Counted from the first letter of the stretch, positions 1 to 14,090 are shown. The stretch: DNA of 64,000 bases from Blastocladiella emersonii ATCC 22665 (GCA_025594325.1 JANHCV010000009.1:930001-994000), one strand, 5' to 3'. The notes: generated by a model from the letters alone, not told the origin. Numbers and translations are program-made.

Positions 1-1
1 C

Positions 2-2096
2 GGGTCGCCAACTGAGTCCCGCCGCCTCAAGCGCGGCGCGCGCGAGCGCCGGGCGACCGACGCGGGCGAGCCGAGCGAGGAGTCGCCTGCGAAGCGCGCC
101 AAGCGCGATACGCCGGCGACCACTCCTGCCCCGACCAAGACGGCGGCGACGACGACGGCCTCGCGCCGCGGTACTCGGCGAAACACGGCGACGGCGCCAT
201 CGACGCCGACCAAGTCGCGCTCGCCGGCCCGCGACGCCAACGACGTGCCGACGCCCGTCGCGAGCCGCCTGCGCCGCAAGTCGTCGGCGCACCCGGGCTC
301 GGACGCCGGCGGAGCGCCCGCGGCCGCTGGTGCGCTCGACCGGCTCGACTCGATCGCGTCCGCGGGCTCGACGACGCGCGCGATCCCGCGCGGCGCGCCG
401 GCCATCCCGGGCGCGTACGCCGTGGGCGACCTGGTGTGGGCGCGGTGGACCGACAGCGAGCACTACTACCCGGCGCGCGTGCAGCAGCGGCGCGCCGCGA
501 CCTCGTCATCGAGCTCTGCGTGGTACTACGTGCTGTTCTTCGACGGCGACAAGCTGCGGTGCCCGCACACTGACCTGCGGCCGTACGGGACCCTGCGCAA
601 GGGCCAGAAGGTGTGGACGTACAACGGCGACGAGCTCATTGAAGCGCACGTTGCCGACGTGCCCGACGACGAGGACGACGAGTACGTGCTCGACGTCCAT
701 GGCGGGTCCAGGCCGCGGCATGTCGGCATCGATTCGGTGCTCCTCACCGCGCAGCTCATGAAGGAGATCGATCGCGGGCGGCGGACCGCGTCTACGTCGT
801 CGTCAGCGGCGAGCTCGGCGCGCAAGAACTCGGCCCGCACACCCGCCGCGCAGCAGCGGCAGCAGCAGCACGTCGAGGCCATGGACGTGGACGCCGACGG
901 CGACACCCAGCCGCTCTCGCCGTCCGAGAAGATGGACTCGGACGACGACGACGCGGGGCCCGCGTCGGTCCCCGCGATCCGCCGGCGCCCGACCACGGAG
1001 CTGTTCACGCCCGCGCCGACGCGACACGCGGATACGGGCGACGTCGATGTACCGATCCCGACGCTCGCGTCGCCCACGCCGGCCGAAAACCATGCGCTGA
1101 CGTCCGCGCGGCCCACGCCCGTCCGCACCTCGCCGCGCAAGGCGATGCTCCCGTTCCAGTCGCCCATGGTCGGCAGTACCAGCGCATCCGCGGCGGGGCT
1201 GTTCGCGGGCATGTCGTTTGTCGTGACGCTGATCCACGCGGATGAGGGCGACGAGCCCGCGCCGGATTCGCTGGACCCGGACGAGATCCCGCTGCCGCCC
1301 AAGAGTACGTGTTTGCGGTCGTGAAGCGCGGCGACATTCAACTGACTCTGACGCGTCGACGTGTGTAGCCTCGCAGAACAACCCGCACTTTGACCGCGGG
1401 ATCATCTCGGCGCTCATCGTGCAGAACGGCGGCCGCGTGCTCGACTCGTTCCGCGGCGTCGAGCCCGCCACCGACATGGTCAAGTCGACCGTCTTCTGCA
1501 TCGCGTCGGGCCCGAAGCGCAGCATCAAGTACCTCATGGCGCTCGCGCTCGGCGTGCCGCGCATCTCGTGCCAGTGGGTCCTCGATTGCGTCTCGCAGGT
1601 GCGTTGCTCACTTTCGGGACGTGCTCGTCAACAACTGACTCTTTGTTTGTATCGTAGCGGTCCGCCATCTCGCCCTTCCGCTACGGCCTCCCGAACGGCT
1701 TCTCGCTTGAGCTCCAGTGCCAGCTCTCGACAGTGTACTGCCCGCGCTTTTTCGCGGGACGCACGTTCCAGGTCCAGGGCGACGCCGACTACCGGCAGGG
1801 GTGGACTGGCACGCTGCAAGCGTACGTTTTCTCTTGCTCTTCCATGGCGCAACTGCTCGCTCACACATATCGAGCTCTCTAGCGCCGGCGCCAACGTCGT
1901 TTCGAGCAAGGCCAAGTGCGACTACATTCTGTGCATGAACGCGCGGTCCTCGGCGGCGCGCAAGACGAGCGGCGCGGGGACCAGCGGGTCAGCGAACGGA
2001 CCAAGGCCAACCAGCGTCACGACCGAGTGGGCGATCCAGTGCCTCATCAATCAGCGGATCGTTGACCCGATGCGGCTCGCCAAGTACCACTACTGA
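2..2096 (+). CDS. Tandem Tudor + tandem BRCT DNA-damage checkpoint mediator (Rad9/Crb2/53BP1-like); 5' end lies before the window
   Basis: Frame +2 is open from base 2. Tudor-like VGDLVWARWTDSEHYYPARV...YYVLFFDGD and a second repeat LRKGQKVWTY. BRCT motifs FAGMSFVVT, KRSIKYLMALALGVPRISCQWVLDC and VTTEWAIQCLINQR. GT-AG introns at 1305-1368, 1599-1657 and 1822-1882 join the ORF pieces in frame; TGA at 2094-2096. Confidence 0.85.
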
Positions 2097-2487
2097 CTGA
2101 GTAGAGATTGTTTGCGAGATGGATTATTTACACGTGTACCTTTATTTACCGAGTCGAAGCGGCGATCGTGCGTGTTGGTCGGTTGAGGAGACGGGCAGGA
2201 GTAGTGGCGCGCCGTTTCAGATCATGATGGTGGCGCAGTCGGTCATTTCAACCATTACCGATCATGCGAGCGGTCCGGCCTGGCGCCGGCGCCAAAGGGC
2301 TGCTTGAGTGCTCCTGCCACCCTTTAGGGGCATCTACAGACTGACGCCAAGGCATCGAGGAGTGCGGATCAACTTTCAGAGGCACAAAACGCTGGCCTGT
2401 GTCTCGTCTCCCCCTTGGAGCCTATATATTCCTCGACGACTTTCACATCTGCTTCTTGCAACCCAGTGCAACGCCAGTGCAACAAAT

Positions 2488-3540
2488 ATGACAACAGCTA
2501 CACCTGTATGGCCGACCTCAGATGTTTAGAATAGAGCTAACCCAGCTTGACTGTTGCACCTATAGACTCTCCTCCAGCTCCTAAACTCGAAGGAAGAGGA
2601 CACCACCGTCATTTGGACCTTCTTCAAGGTACCGGGAAGCTTCACAACCGAAACGATCAAAGACGGTTTCAATGCAGCGCCCATCAGTATGCCACGCTTT
2701 GCTGGGCAAGGCGTGTTCACCCTTTGCTTTCGCCCGAATCACACAAGAAACTCGTGGGAGGTTGGGTTAGATATCAACAGCGACTGCATAATTGGGTGCA
2801 GCTTGAACTTCAGCTTACAAGTAAGCCGCCGCACTTACGGTGATTCACACTACTCAATCGGTTTGCCGCGCGGCAAAGGCCCGTATTTCAAATCGGTCCC
2901 TATGCCTTACTTTTACCCATCCTATGCAATTTCAACAGACTCCAGCTCCAGCTATAGCTTCCAGCTGAAACTTGCTCCAGCGAATGATGAATTATCTAAC
3001 CCTCAACCGGGTGTTTGCTCCGCCAACGGGCAAGACTTTTCGCTCCTCGAGGCCATTCACGAAGCGACTTTGTGCGATACGAGCCTTTTGCCGTATGGGA
3101 CCGATAAACCGATACTCGTTTCGCGCGCGATCCTAGGCGCTAGGTCCCCCTTCTTCGCCGCCATGTTTTGCGGCAACTGGTCCGAGAGCAGCAAATCAAA
3201 TGATCCCATCAAGATGACCGACTGGAACCATGCCGCACTCGCGCTAGCCCTTGTTCACCTGTACACTCGCTGGGTCCCAGTGGACGACGCGCTTCCCAAC
3301 GAGGTCAAGTCCGCACTTGTGAAAATGGAGGTCAAGTTGGAAGACCTCGGCCACTTCGACGTCCTCACCAACTGCTTTAATCTCGCGGCGATGCTGGAAT
3401 GTCCCAAGCTCATGGTCGCTCTCGAGGCGCGCATTGTCGACGCAATGGCGAAGCGGATCGCTGAGGTTTCAGTTGCTCCCAAGGAACCTGGTCCGGAGTC
3501 GGATTCCACTACTGAAGTTGTCAGTGCTTTGTCAACGTAA
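2488..3540 (+). CDS. BTB/POZ-domain protein with a possible MATH-like N-terminal region
   Basis: ATG at 2488 and a 42-nt phase-0 intron (2524-2565, GT...CTAAC...TAG) join in frame to ORF 2689-3540. BTB signature CDTSLLPYGTDKPILVSRAILGARSPFFAAMF...IKMTDWNHAALALALVHLY. The MATH assignment is weak. Confidence 0.75.
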
Positions 3541-3635
3541 CCAGCTTGACTGTCCCATCTAAAACCTAGTTATTTGTAACTTTCTTCATATATTCTGTTC
3601 ATTCATCTCCCAATGTTTTATATGGCGGTTGCCAC

Positions 3636-4716
3636 ATGTCCTCAGCTGTTCAGGGCGTATGCATGCGTGCATCGAGGCGCTTCGCACGTCGCTACTTCAG
3701 CATCCGCATCCTCGTCTCTCTCTCCCATAGCTTGTTGTCCTTAACGAAAGACTCAAGGATGGAGCACAAACCCGTAAGCCAAGGAGAAAGTGCTGTGAAG
3801 TCTACCTACTCTGCCACCACCTCGTTCGTAGGCTTGCTTTGTTCTCAAGCACTTCCGGGCCGGAACCGTATCCAAGTGGATGTTCACCCGGCCTGCGGCG
3901 TTAGAAACGAGCTCACCGTCAAGCAGGTCTCGGAAATTCAGCGTCGGACCTATTCCGCTTCCTCCAGCGTTGGGCGACGGTTCTTTCGTCGCTCGCTTCG
4001 GTCCTGGACTTGACGCTGGCCGTTGGATCTGCGACCTCGAACTGGGCTCCGAAGACAAGTTACGTGGCGACCTTGAATGCAAGATCGAGCTCGACATGCC
4101 GGAAGTTCGAGCGATGCTTCGTTCGTGATGCATGAGAGATGCGGACCGAACTTCATGTCAAGACTGCTCATTCAAGCGGAACACGAACAGCAAGCTCCCT
4201 CGGAGAATGCGCGGCTCTTTATCTCCCTCAGAGCGATTCGGCGGGCGAATTTCTCAGCTCTTATTTTGCCCCAGTTTATATTCCTTGAATCGCTCCACGA
4301 CGCAGAGTTTTGCGACACGGCGCTCCTTCCGCGTGGGCTTCGACCCCGATTCTGGTTTCGCGAGCCATCCTCGGATCTCGCTCTCCCTTCTTCAAGGCCA
4401 TGTTCAGCAAGGATCGTTGGGCAGAGACTGGAGCCATTGAGGACCCGATCAAGACGCTAGAATGGGAGCAAGGCGGGCTCGCAGTGGTTCTCGTTCACAT
4501 ATACTCTGATTGGATTCCCATCGCGGATCCCAAGCCAGACGTTATTGCTCAAAAGCTCGGCCAGGCTTCCACTCGGATCAGCTGATTGATCTCAACTTTC
4601 TCGTCAACGCGTTCAGCTTGGCTGGAATGCTTGCGTGTCCCAAGCTCATGGCTGTGCTTGAACCACTAATTGCTCGGACAGTGGCGGATCGGTCGCGTGC
4701 GGCGTCAAACCAGTAA
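3636..4716 (+). pseudogene. Frameshifted tandem paralog of the BTB gene
   Basis: FLESLHDAEFCDTALLPRG / ASTPILVSRAILGSRSPFFKAMF / DLNFLVNAFSLAGMLACPKLMAVLE align co-linearly to the upstream BTB protein but lie in three frames (shifts near 4335 and 4570). Confidence 0.75.
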
Positions 4717-5017
4717 TTCATGTCGCGTTAAAAGCAGCCATTGATAAACTCATTTGTTTAACAGGATGGGCAGTGACTCCTAGCTCGCCCAAATCGGACG
4801 CGTCAATGATCCGCCACAGCCGGATTGCCCTGACAGCCCTCAGTCGGGCCATCCGGATAGCTATTTGTTGTCTCTGAATATGTCCCCGATCTTCGGTATA
4901 TAAACCCTGCGCGACCCTTTGTTGGGTCGCCAGCTTCCTCTCTCTGAATACCTCATATCGTATATCAAGGGGCTCCGTCCTGTATCAGCTGGTAGCGTCT
5001 GGACGTAACGCCATCCT

Positions 5018-5033
5018 ACACACACACACACAC
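5018..5033. repeat. (AC)n microsatellite
   Basis: acacacacacacacac read directly. Confidence 0.8.
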
Positions 5034-5167
5034 CACAAACACGTGACAGCGGAGACAGTGTGAGACACTCGTTGGTGAAGGATATCACACCTCCAAGAGA
5101 TGAGTCAGGGTTACCAAAGCACAAACATAATCAAATCAGAGGATTTTCTCAACTTGACGGTCCGTCA

Positions 5168-7427
5168 TTAGCACTCGGTGTGGAGCAGCTCGATCGCGGC
5201 GTCCTTGTACTCGCGCAACGCGACCGTGTTGGGCGCGGCACGGCAGATTTCCTTGATGTACGTGCAAGCTTCGCTGGTCTGGTAGTCGTTCGGCGGAAGC
5301 CGCATCAAGAAGACGGCGCGTGCAATCCATCGCGCGCTCTTGACGCCGTCCAGCGCGCTGTCTGGTACTACGGACCAAAGCGAGCCGTGCGGAAACCCAT
5401 TCGGTCCGCTCAGCTACTCGATGACGAAGACAGGCTCGCTGAGGAAGAGGAGGCGGAGTGTCTCAATCAGCGGGTGCTTCAGCACCTGGCAATGGACGTT
5501 GCAGGTGTCGCCAATCCCCACCTGGCCAACGTACTCGAGTTTCTTGTCCGCAAGGATGCCGCGAAGCTCAGCAAAAATACCTCGCGGAAGGCGCTTGATT
5601 GCGTCGGGACATCCGTCAATCAACCACGCAATGGTATCGATGTACGCCTGCTGGTCCGTAAGGCGGCAGCTGGAGCAAGTTTTGCGGAACGAACTAAGCG
5701 GCGCGGGAACATACAGAGCAGAGCGGGGATGCTGAGCCAAAATCATGGCCTCAAGGATAAATGACGAAGCTCCAGTTTTGCGGATGCGGTCCAAGGCGAG
5801 CGGGGCAAGATCACTGTCGTGAGCCACCGAAACGAAGACCCAGAGGAACGGAGCACACTTTAAAGCGCGAAACTTGAGCACAGCCGAGATCGCAAGGCGC
5901 CAGAGAATGGAGAGCGGCGCCGTTGCAGAAAATATCTTCGCCAGGCTTGAGGACTCCAGCTCGGGACGCAAAATATCTGTGCCGATGCTTTCAAAGAAGG
6001 GTCCCAGGACATCCTGCGGTTGATCCGCAAAGTGTTGTTGCACGTACAAAAGTAACGAGTTGAGGGAATACGGTTTGCCGTTGATGCAATCCGAGAAAGC
6101 TACGCAAAATGAGCGCGAAGCGAGTTAGCGTGAATAAATTGCGCCCTCACACGGAGTTCGACATATGTCACGCACCCCACTGCAGAGCATTGGGCAAGCG
6201 GCCCTGGAGCTGCGCGAGAAAGAATTCGGGGACTAACTCTTGGACATCGTCGTCGCCTACGGCCTGGTTGAGCAATTCGCCCCAAGCGTGGTCAGAAAGA
6301 AGCCCAAGTGCATCAAGCTCGGAAACCATGGGCTTGGTAAAAGCGAGGCGACCTACTACGATACCTCCGTTCGAGATCATGGACTGGAAATATTCGGCTC
6401 GCGAGGCAATCAAATTCCCCGCGTCGGGAAGCTGCTGGATTGCATACCGAAGCACGTCTGGTTCGTTGAACCCGCACAAGCGCACGAGCAGCGGGCAGTC
6501 ACCGATCTCGCGGTCAAGCGGCTCAAGCCAGGGTTTGCCGAGCAGCAGGTCGAGCATCTTGCAGATTTCGGGGTAAGTGGAAACGAGCTTGAATTGCCGC
6601 ATGTTGGCAACGATATTGGAGATGAGACCCTCGTCGCGCAGGCAAGCGAGCACGCCAAAGTAGTCAAAGCCGTACTTGGGATCACGAATCACCTCGAAAG
6701 CGTCTGCACTGAGAAGGATCCCAGCACAAAGCCCGAGAAAGTCGATGAGTCGGAGCAATTTCGGGCCGGCGGCACTTGGTTCGTAAAAGTTCATGAGTTC
6801 CTCCGAGGCGAGGGACAGCGGCCCCCAATCGGCGCCCGGCATGGTGGCCTCAAGAAGCTGCGGCGCATCCACAATCACGACGTCGAGGAGGCGCCGGAGC
6901 ACCTGCGGGCCAAGTCGAACTACCGCATTTTGAAGGAGGAGCACCAGCGATAGGATGGGAGAAGCGGAGCTGCGCGCGAAAGTTCCATGGTCAGCCCAGT
7001 CAACTTGATAGGTAAGGTAGTTGCTAAGCAGATCGGCATCGAGGCTGGATAAAGTTGGGCGGGCACGGTTGAGCAGTCGCTGCGCTACGGCAAGGCTGAG
7101 CGAAGCATGGAGCGCAAATTCCGGGTGCGACTCGTCCACGCGCCGGCTGCCAAGGAGCGGGTACTCGATCAGCAGACCAAGGTCGGACGGGAAAGAGCCG
7201 CCGATCGCCAAGTACCGGTCGAATCCCCTGCAATGCCGAGCCGCATTTAGCTTTTGGTCGATCCATGCAAATTTCACGGGCAAAGTCGAAGCCGTAGCAA
7301 AAAGGGCCCAAGAGGACGTGAACAAGAGAGTCCGAACTTGGGAGAGCTGAAGGACCGCCGCAAGCACTTCGTCTGGGAGCGCGCGCAAACCTGGGCCAGC
7401 AGGTAAACACGCAAGTTGGACGTCCAT
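5168..7427 (-). pseudogene. F-box-like array copy 1; in-frame nonsense codon
   Basis: N-terminal LRALPDEVLAAVLQL motif. Phase-1 intron 6100-6175 (GTGCGT..GCTAAC..TAG) joins ORFs 6168-7427 and 5414-6049. TAG at 5414-5416 sits where paralogs have Gln (DQL/DQI); the frame continues to TAA at 5168-5170. Confidence 0.8.
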
Positions 7428-7731
7428 TGCATCAAGTTGAGCGCTTCATTCGTTTTCGTAGCGGGCACACGCAGGGAGCTTGAGTCGCCGTGGAAGTCGG
7501 CCCGGACTTCGACGTCGTTCGCCGGTCCGTTTCAGTCACATGAGCGCCGCGTGTGTGGCGCAACGCCAGAGACGCGATTGTCTCGCGTGGCTCACACCAA
7601 ACCCACAGCCCTCCTCAGCGTAAATTTAGGTAACAACATTCATTTCATTTCATTCAACAACCTGGACATCCATCATCAGTCGCAACCGTCCAGCACAACC
7701 TGACCGCGCTACTGCAAGGCGACGAGCGAGC

Positions 7732-9987
7732 TCAAATCACGCCGTGCATTAACTCGCGCATCGCATCCGCGTATTCGCGGGACACGACCGTCTTGGGTGC
7801 CGCACGGCGGATCTCCTGAATGTGTCCAAGAACGTTGTGGACGGGCTCCTGGTAAAGCTCGAGCCGAGTCAAGACGACAGCCCGCGCAATCCAGCGAGCA
7901 TTTTTGACGCCGTCAAGAGCACCATCGGGAATTGCCCGCCACAACGCAGGGTTTAAGAAACCGGTGGGGTCGCTGAGCTGGTCAAGTGTGAACGAAGGGC
8001 TGGCCCGATACAAGATGCGGACCGTTTCGATTAACGGGTTGGAAACCGACAAGCACGAGACATGGCACTCCGACTTATCAGCGTTTCTGACGTGCTCGAC
8101 GTTCTGTCTCAAAGCCGAGAGCAGGTCGACAAAGCTTGCTTTGGGGAGGCGATTAACGATGCCAGGGAATTGCTCAGTAAGCCACTCCATGGCATCAAAG
8201 TACGCCCGTTGCACCGTGAAATCGCAATTGCGACAGGTCACGAGAACAGGGCCAACGGGCGCTTCAACGAACAAGCAATCTTCCATCGTCTGGGCCGTGA
8301 TCATGGCCGCGAGAATCAGTGGCGAAGTTTTGGTCGCTTGGATGAGTGATTGAAGGCGCGGTGCGTAGTCGCTGTCGTTTACGGCAGAAACAAAGACCCA
8401 CACAAGCATTGAGTGATGCTTCAAAGGAAGCGAGGCGATGAGGTGGACGGCCAGGTGAGCGAGCAGTCGAAGAGGAGCACCTGCACGGTAGTGAAAAAGC
8501 GGGCGAACCTGCTCAAACGAGAGGTGTGCCTGAGAAAGCTCGCGAGATGCAAGTCCAAGGAATCGGTCAAGGTCGTCGGCGCTGGTAACCGTGGAGTACA
8601 GGACGTTCGCGTAATCAAGAATGCGGACCGCTGGGGCTGCTCGTTTGAGTGCCCGCACCAGAGCTATTCAGCGAACGTATGTAATTTCAGCGGTAGGAAC
8701 AAAACCATATTTAATCGAAATGAACGTACCGCGCGACAGCGCCGATGGAAAGTCATCAGGAAACAGCCCTGGAAGAAAGCGAGCATCACGTTTGGGGCTA
8801 ACTGCCCACTCGAAAATGACGTGCGACAAGGATTCGTCAGTAATCAAGTTGTAAGATTTGAGCGTTGTGAGCATAGACTCGCTGATATTGACAACCTTGT
8901 CGCGGAAACCGTCTTCGACAAGCGCTTGGAGTTCCAAATGATCCGACTCCAGTGCGAGAGCACCGGACGGCTGCCGAAGGGCGTAGACTAGGACCTCGGG
9001 AGTGTCCAAACTGCAGAGTAAAGGAAGGAGGGCAACGTTGCCAAAGGAGCGCTCGGTTGGGCGCAGCCAGTCAGTTCCAAGTAAAAGATCGAGAGCACGG
9101 CAAAACTCGGTTGGCAACGTTCCAGGCTGAGCGTTTGCCATGGTAGACACCGTCTGAGCAAGGATTCGTTCGTCCCGGAGCTGCTCAAGGAGCCCGTGGA
9201 AGTCGAGCTTGAAAGTCGGGTCACGGAGGACGTCGAGCGTGTCCGCGCTCAATAGGAAGCCAGCGCAGAGGCCGAGAAAGTTAATGAGTCGAACACGCTT
9301 CTCCTGGAGCGGGTGGTCTGGAAAGTCGTCCACGAGCTCCGTCGCATCTGACGAAAGATTGCCCCAGCCGTGGACAGTCAATTCGACTTGTAGCAGCATA
9401 GGGACACGCCTTGCAACCTCGAAAAGCAATCCTGTGAGCGCCTGAGGGTGAAAGCGAATTGTTGCGCGTTCAATCAGGCTGATAAGCGATACAAGAGGGT
9501 AGCGGACGGCTTGAAGGGGGCCAGGTGTCGCCCAAAACGTACTTATCTCGCTAGAAACAGTTGCTTCTTCGAGAACACTGTTGCTGGCGCGACGGACGAT
9601 TTGATCCATGAGGCGGCGCGCAATGGCGATGAAAAGCGAAACGCCATAGGCGGCATCTGCGTCCAGCTCCGTGAAGCGGCTCCATTGCCCGTCAAAGATT
9701 CCAAGGTCGCAGATCCAAGTCGCGTCGAGCCGGCAAATCCCCCCTCTGGGCGAGAGCTCGTCGTCGTCACGGTCGAGTTCCTGCGTCATGGCGAGCCGAC
9801 TTTGGAGCAGCAGTTGATCGACCCACGCGTTTCTCACCAGCGGTGACTTGGCGAGATTGAGAAGGTGTCGCGACGCCGTGCACAGGAGGGGCGACGGCTG
9901 CGCGAGCTGGAGGACCGTCACGGCGAGCTCGTGCGGGAGCGAGCCCATGGCGAGCTCTCCACCATAATCGGCAAGTTGATGATCCAT
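7732..9987 (-). CDS. F-box-like array copy 2 (intact, ~729 aa)
   Basis: MGSLPHELAVTVLQL motif. Phase-1 intron 8664-8729 joins ORFs 8668-10002 and 7732-8658 in frame. Homologous to the other four copies (WRAIPDGALDGVKNARWIARAVV). Confidence 0.8.
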
Positions 9988-10247
9988 TGCGGCAAGTGTC
10001 ATGTTACATTGGCTGCATGTAGTTCGTGGTTGTGGGGGAGGGACTTGCGAGCTTGATCGCGAGCTGGAATCGAATCTTCAGCGCGTCACGTTTTCCCATT
10101 TTCGCCCAACGTGATTTCGAGACGCGTGAGACGAAACTGTCTCCCTTGTTTTTGTGGGCCACACACCTCCTTGATGACACGCTCATAGGAACAACGAGGA
10201 TTATTTATGATATGCTCAAGCAACCAGCAAAACGGGTCGCTTCGCCG

Positions 10248-12509
10248 CTAGCCCTCCAAGTTCTGAAGGAACTCGACAGCCGCGTCCTTGTACTCTTGCG
10301 ACGCGATCAACTTGGGCGCGACTTGACAGATCTCCTTGATCCGTTCACGCACGCTGCCCGCCGCGGCGGAACGGGGCGCCGTTCGCATCAGCACGACCAA
10401 GTTTGCAAACCACCGCGCGCTTTTGACACCGTTGAGAGAGCCGTCGGGCACAGCGCGCCAGAATCCAAGCGAAAGATTTGACCCACCAGGGCCTCCGATC
10501 TGGTCGATCAAAAACTCGGGCTCAGCGCGGAACAGCATACGGAACACCTCAAGGAGCGGGTACTGGACCCGCTGACAAGCCGGGCTGCAGGAATTGCCGT
10601 TTGGCTGCTTGCGAAAGGCGAGTCCCAACACGAGCACTTCGTGAAGTCTGAGAAAAAGTCGTGGCGGGAGGATCTTGACGATACCAGGATAGGCAGAGAC
10701 AAACCAGCGGATGGCTGAAATGTAACACTGTTGCCCGCCAAGTTCGCAGCCGTGACAGGTTGATGTGAATCTGTTGAACTGGAGAGAGTGACGACCAGGT
10801 TGTCCGTCAAGGAGGGCTGTAATGAGAACGGCAAGGATCGGGTGTGAACAGCCGTGCTGAAATATCACGGACGCGAATCCGTTGGCAAGCTCTGGAGCGT
10901 GAATGGGCGTGATGAACACCCAAGCCAGCCCGGTACAATCCGCAGCGGCCAACATGCACACCAAGGCCACGGCCAGAGTAAGCAGCATGTCCACGGGTGA
11001 ATCTGGCAAGCTCTTAAAAACAAGTGCAACCTTTTCCTTGCGCTGGGATTGAGCTGAGAACCAATGAGCGGCCTCCATCACAAACTTGTCACGTTCGCCG
11101 ATGCCAGTCAAGTGATGATACGCGTCGCGAAGAACACGTTGCGGTTCCACAAGGTGACGATCCGAGTGGCCTACGACGCAATCCAAAAACGCTAAATCGC
11201 GAGAGGGAAGGAAAACCATCAGTATCGGTACAGAGCTGTGAAGGAGTTTGATCTTGTACCCAAGACGAGCGGGTCAACGAGATCCCCCCAGAGCCGATCA
11301 AGTACAAAGTCCGTGCTGCAAGGTGTCGGTTCAGCGTCCGATTCAAAGGATTTCAAGTAGACTTGAGCCCAAGCGGCATCGTCCAGGAAGTCGTGGGTGG
11401 GTGTCCAGCACATCGACCATGGACTCAGTGCAAGCAACTGTACCATCAGCAATGAGTGCGGCGAGATCGACGTTTGTGCAATCAAGTGACGCGCGGGCAG
11501 CCACTTCATGCTTTTCCAGGGCGTACATGAGCACTCGAGGATCCGAAAAGCGACACAGGTGGATCACGAGCGGGTATCGTCCGAACATGCGCATTGGTTG
11601 AGATAACCAGTTGTCTCCCAGAAGCATATCGAGCATGCTGCAAATGTCCGTCGCAGGGGCAAAGTTTACCAATTGATGGACCATGGCCAATGCTGTTACC
11701 ATGGCCTGCTCGCGTTGAAGCACCGGTACGACAGCCGAGGAATCAAAGCCAAGGTCGGAGATGCTCGTCAGCTGAGAAAAGACTGGGTAGTTCATGAGTA
11801 TCCCCGCGAGAAAGCCAAGAAAGTCGATGAGGCGCATCCCCGACACCCAAAGCTGGTCCGCTGGGGCAACTTGGAAAACTTTGCCCGCCGACAAAGACAG
11901 TGAAGACCATTCCTGAGTCGTCAGGGTGATTTTGAGAAGCTCAGGAATCTGTTGGTGTGCGATCAAGAGTGTTCGAAGCACGGTCGACAAGTCAAGATTT
12001 CCAGCAAAGGCGACGATCAGGAGCTGCAACATCAAGAGGGCAGCGGGGACCTGCAAGTTCGCGCTGTGAGCACCGGAGATGAGCTCCTTGATGGCGGTCT
12101 CATCGACGACAACTTTGCCCTTCCGCACGTCGCGAGAATGTCGATCGACAAGGAAACGCTGCAACTCGAGTAGCATCGACGTGATCAGGTGGTACTTTTC
12201 GGCCGACGCGTCAAGGCGGCGATGAGGATCGAGCAGCACGGATTCGAGCAGCGTCCCAAGTGCCGTTGGGAGCCTGACCAACCCAGTGTACCCAAGCGTG
12301 CTTTTAGGAACGCGTCGGAGAATCATGTCGACCCAAACGAGCTTGACGTGCCGCGAGTCGGCAGCAGTCATCACCGCTTTCGAGGCCGTGCACGCGATGA
12401 GACGAGGGCAGGCAAGCTGCAGGACGACCGTCGTGAGCTCCAAGGGGAGCGAGCTGAAACCGGCTTCGCTGGCACAAGATGCAAGAGTTTCAGGCGCGGC
12501 TGTATCCAT
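10248..12509 (-). pseudogene. F-box-like array copy 3; frameshifted by a 4-bp duplication
   Basis: FSSLPLELTTVVLQL motif. GACACCCACCCACGAC (minus strand, ~11393-11403) reads DTHDFLDD if 4 nt are removed. Intron 11192-11259; second exon ends with TAG at 10248. Confidence 0.75.
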
Positions 12510-12650
12510 TGCAGTGAGTTATAAGTTGCATGGGGTCAGTTGCTCATCACAACGGGAGCTCAGCTGCGGCGAGCTAACGCGAGGGGAGCGGACCGGCTCC
12601 GTCGCGTCGCGTGATTTCGGAACGCGTGCCTCGGCCTCGTCTCGGACCCC

Positions 12651-12750
12651 CCTATCCTGCACCACCCCCGGCTATTCTGCACCAGCCTCCTATCCTGTAC
12701 CACCCCTCCATTCTGCACCAACGCCACATCACATGATATTGAGACGCGTC
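12651..12750 (+). repeat. Left TIR of the MULE, with four CTATYCTGYACCA-like sub-repeats
   Basis: Reverse complement of 17885-17984 except C/T at 12698. Confidence 0.9.
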
Positions 12751-12984
12751 CAACTCCACGAGATGGACGCGTTCCCACGCTCCGGTCAACTCCGAACCAC
12801 ACACACAAAAAATATAATCACGTGCAAAAAAGTTCTTGCAATGATATGCACGGCTACAGAGCGTATCGGGTGAGTGAGATGCACTTCGCCGCCCGCTGCA
12901 AAGTGGAACCACGCGCCCGCTGGAAAAATCAGAGTATATACAGTCAACAGATTAACACTGAACGCGCTCTTAGCACAAATCCGA

Positions 12985-14090
12985 CTACTGCTCCTTCCGA
13001 AGAAGAGCTTGAAGGGCGCGTGCCGCCGATGTCAAGTGCACCTCCGCGTTCGCGCCGCTCGCAGCGGGTGCACGCACGGCAGCTGTAGACGCGGCCGCGG
13101 CGCTAGACGCGAGCGCCGTGCTGGGGTCCGCGGCGCTGCCCGACACGGCCGCGGCGCTTGTTGCGGCCGTCCCGCGACGCGTCCGCTTCTGCGCCGACGC
13201 TGCGTCTTTCTTGGCGGGGCGCTTCCGCTTTGCTACACGTAGAGCCAGGTTAGTTCCACACGTCCATAGCGATCGCGGCCCGCTCGTACCTTGCTTCGCG
13301 AAGTCACTCGGACAGCTCGCTGGGCGCGGCGGAGACTTGGGCGGCCGCCCAACCTTGTTGCCGTACTTTCTGGGCGGGTTCCGGACGTCGGGGAGCGCGG
13401 ATACCCGCGCTTTCTTGGCCTTGGGCGTCGCGTGCGCCACGTCGATCCCTGCGTCTTCGTAATCGTCGTCGGGCTGAGGGATCGTGCGGTCGCTGAGGTT
13501 GAGCTGCTGCTCCATGGAGGCGACCTGGTTCGCCTCGCGAACGAGCTCGAGCCCGACCGCGTCGTCCACATGTACGAGGCGAGAGTTTGTGTTGAGCCCA
13601 AACGACTTCATGAGGCCGCTAATGCCCTTGACGCGCGAGCTGGTCGTGCTGCCCGCGTGGAAGAATGTGCCAATCGCCCAGCTCGCCCACAGCCGCCGAC
13701 GCTTGTGCCAGGTACACGTCAGGTACTCGTACACGCGGTCGTCGAGATCTTGGGGTTTCTGGTTCCACAGGCGATCAAACTCCTCCTCGGTCCGCGCCTC
13801 GTGAACGTGGCGCAGGAAGTTGCGCGCGGCATTGCGCAGACCTTCGAGGAACGGCGGATCGTCAGCGTTGCGTGGTACTGCCCGGCTGGCCGCTATCGCG
13901 TATGTCTACCGCGACGTCCATGTGCCAGCGACACCCGATGCGCTGGCCGCGGAGGAAAACGGCCTCGACGGCGTTCTGCGCGGCCTGGTCGAAATCGGTG
14001 ATGACGACGAAGCCTTCGAAGTCGCGCGTGAGGTTGAGCGTCGCGTCCTTGATGAGCGTTTCCGGGTTGAGATCGAGCCCGACTGGTGCA
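12985..14090 (-). pseudogene. MULE DDE transposase remnant (C-terminal part)
   Basis: VVITDFDQAAQNAVEAVFLRGQRIGCRWHM (second Asp plus CxxH). Frameshift near 13900, then YLTCTWHKRRRLWASW...GSTTSSRVKG, with Lys where MULEs have the catalytic Glu. No N-terminal/first-Asp region found upstream. Confidence 0.8.

Noticed and set aside
12651-12725. CRISPR-like repeat-spacer pattern (CTATYCTGYACCA units)
   Set aside because: The spacers are only 5-7 nt, the units lie within a transposon TIR, the context is eukaryotic and there are no cas genes.
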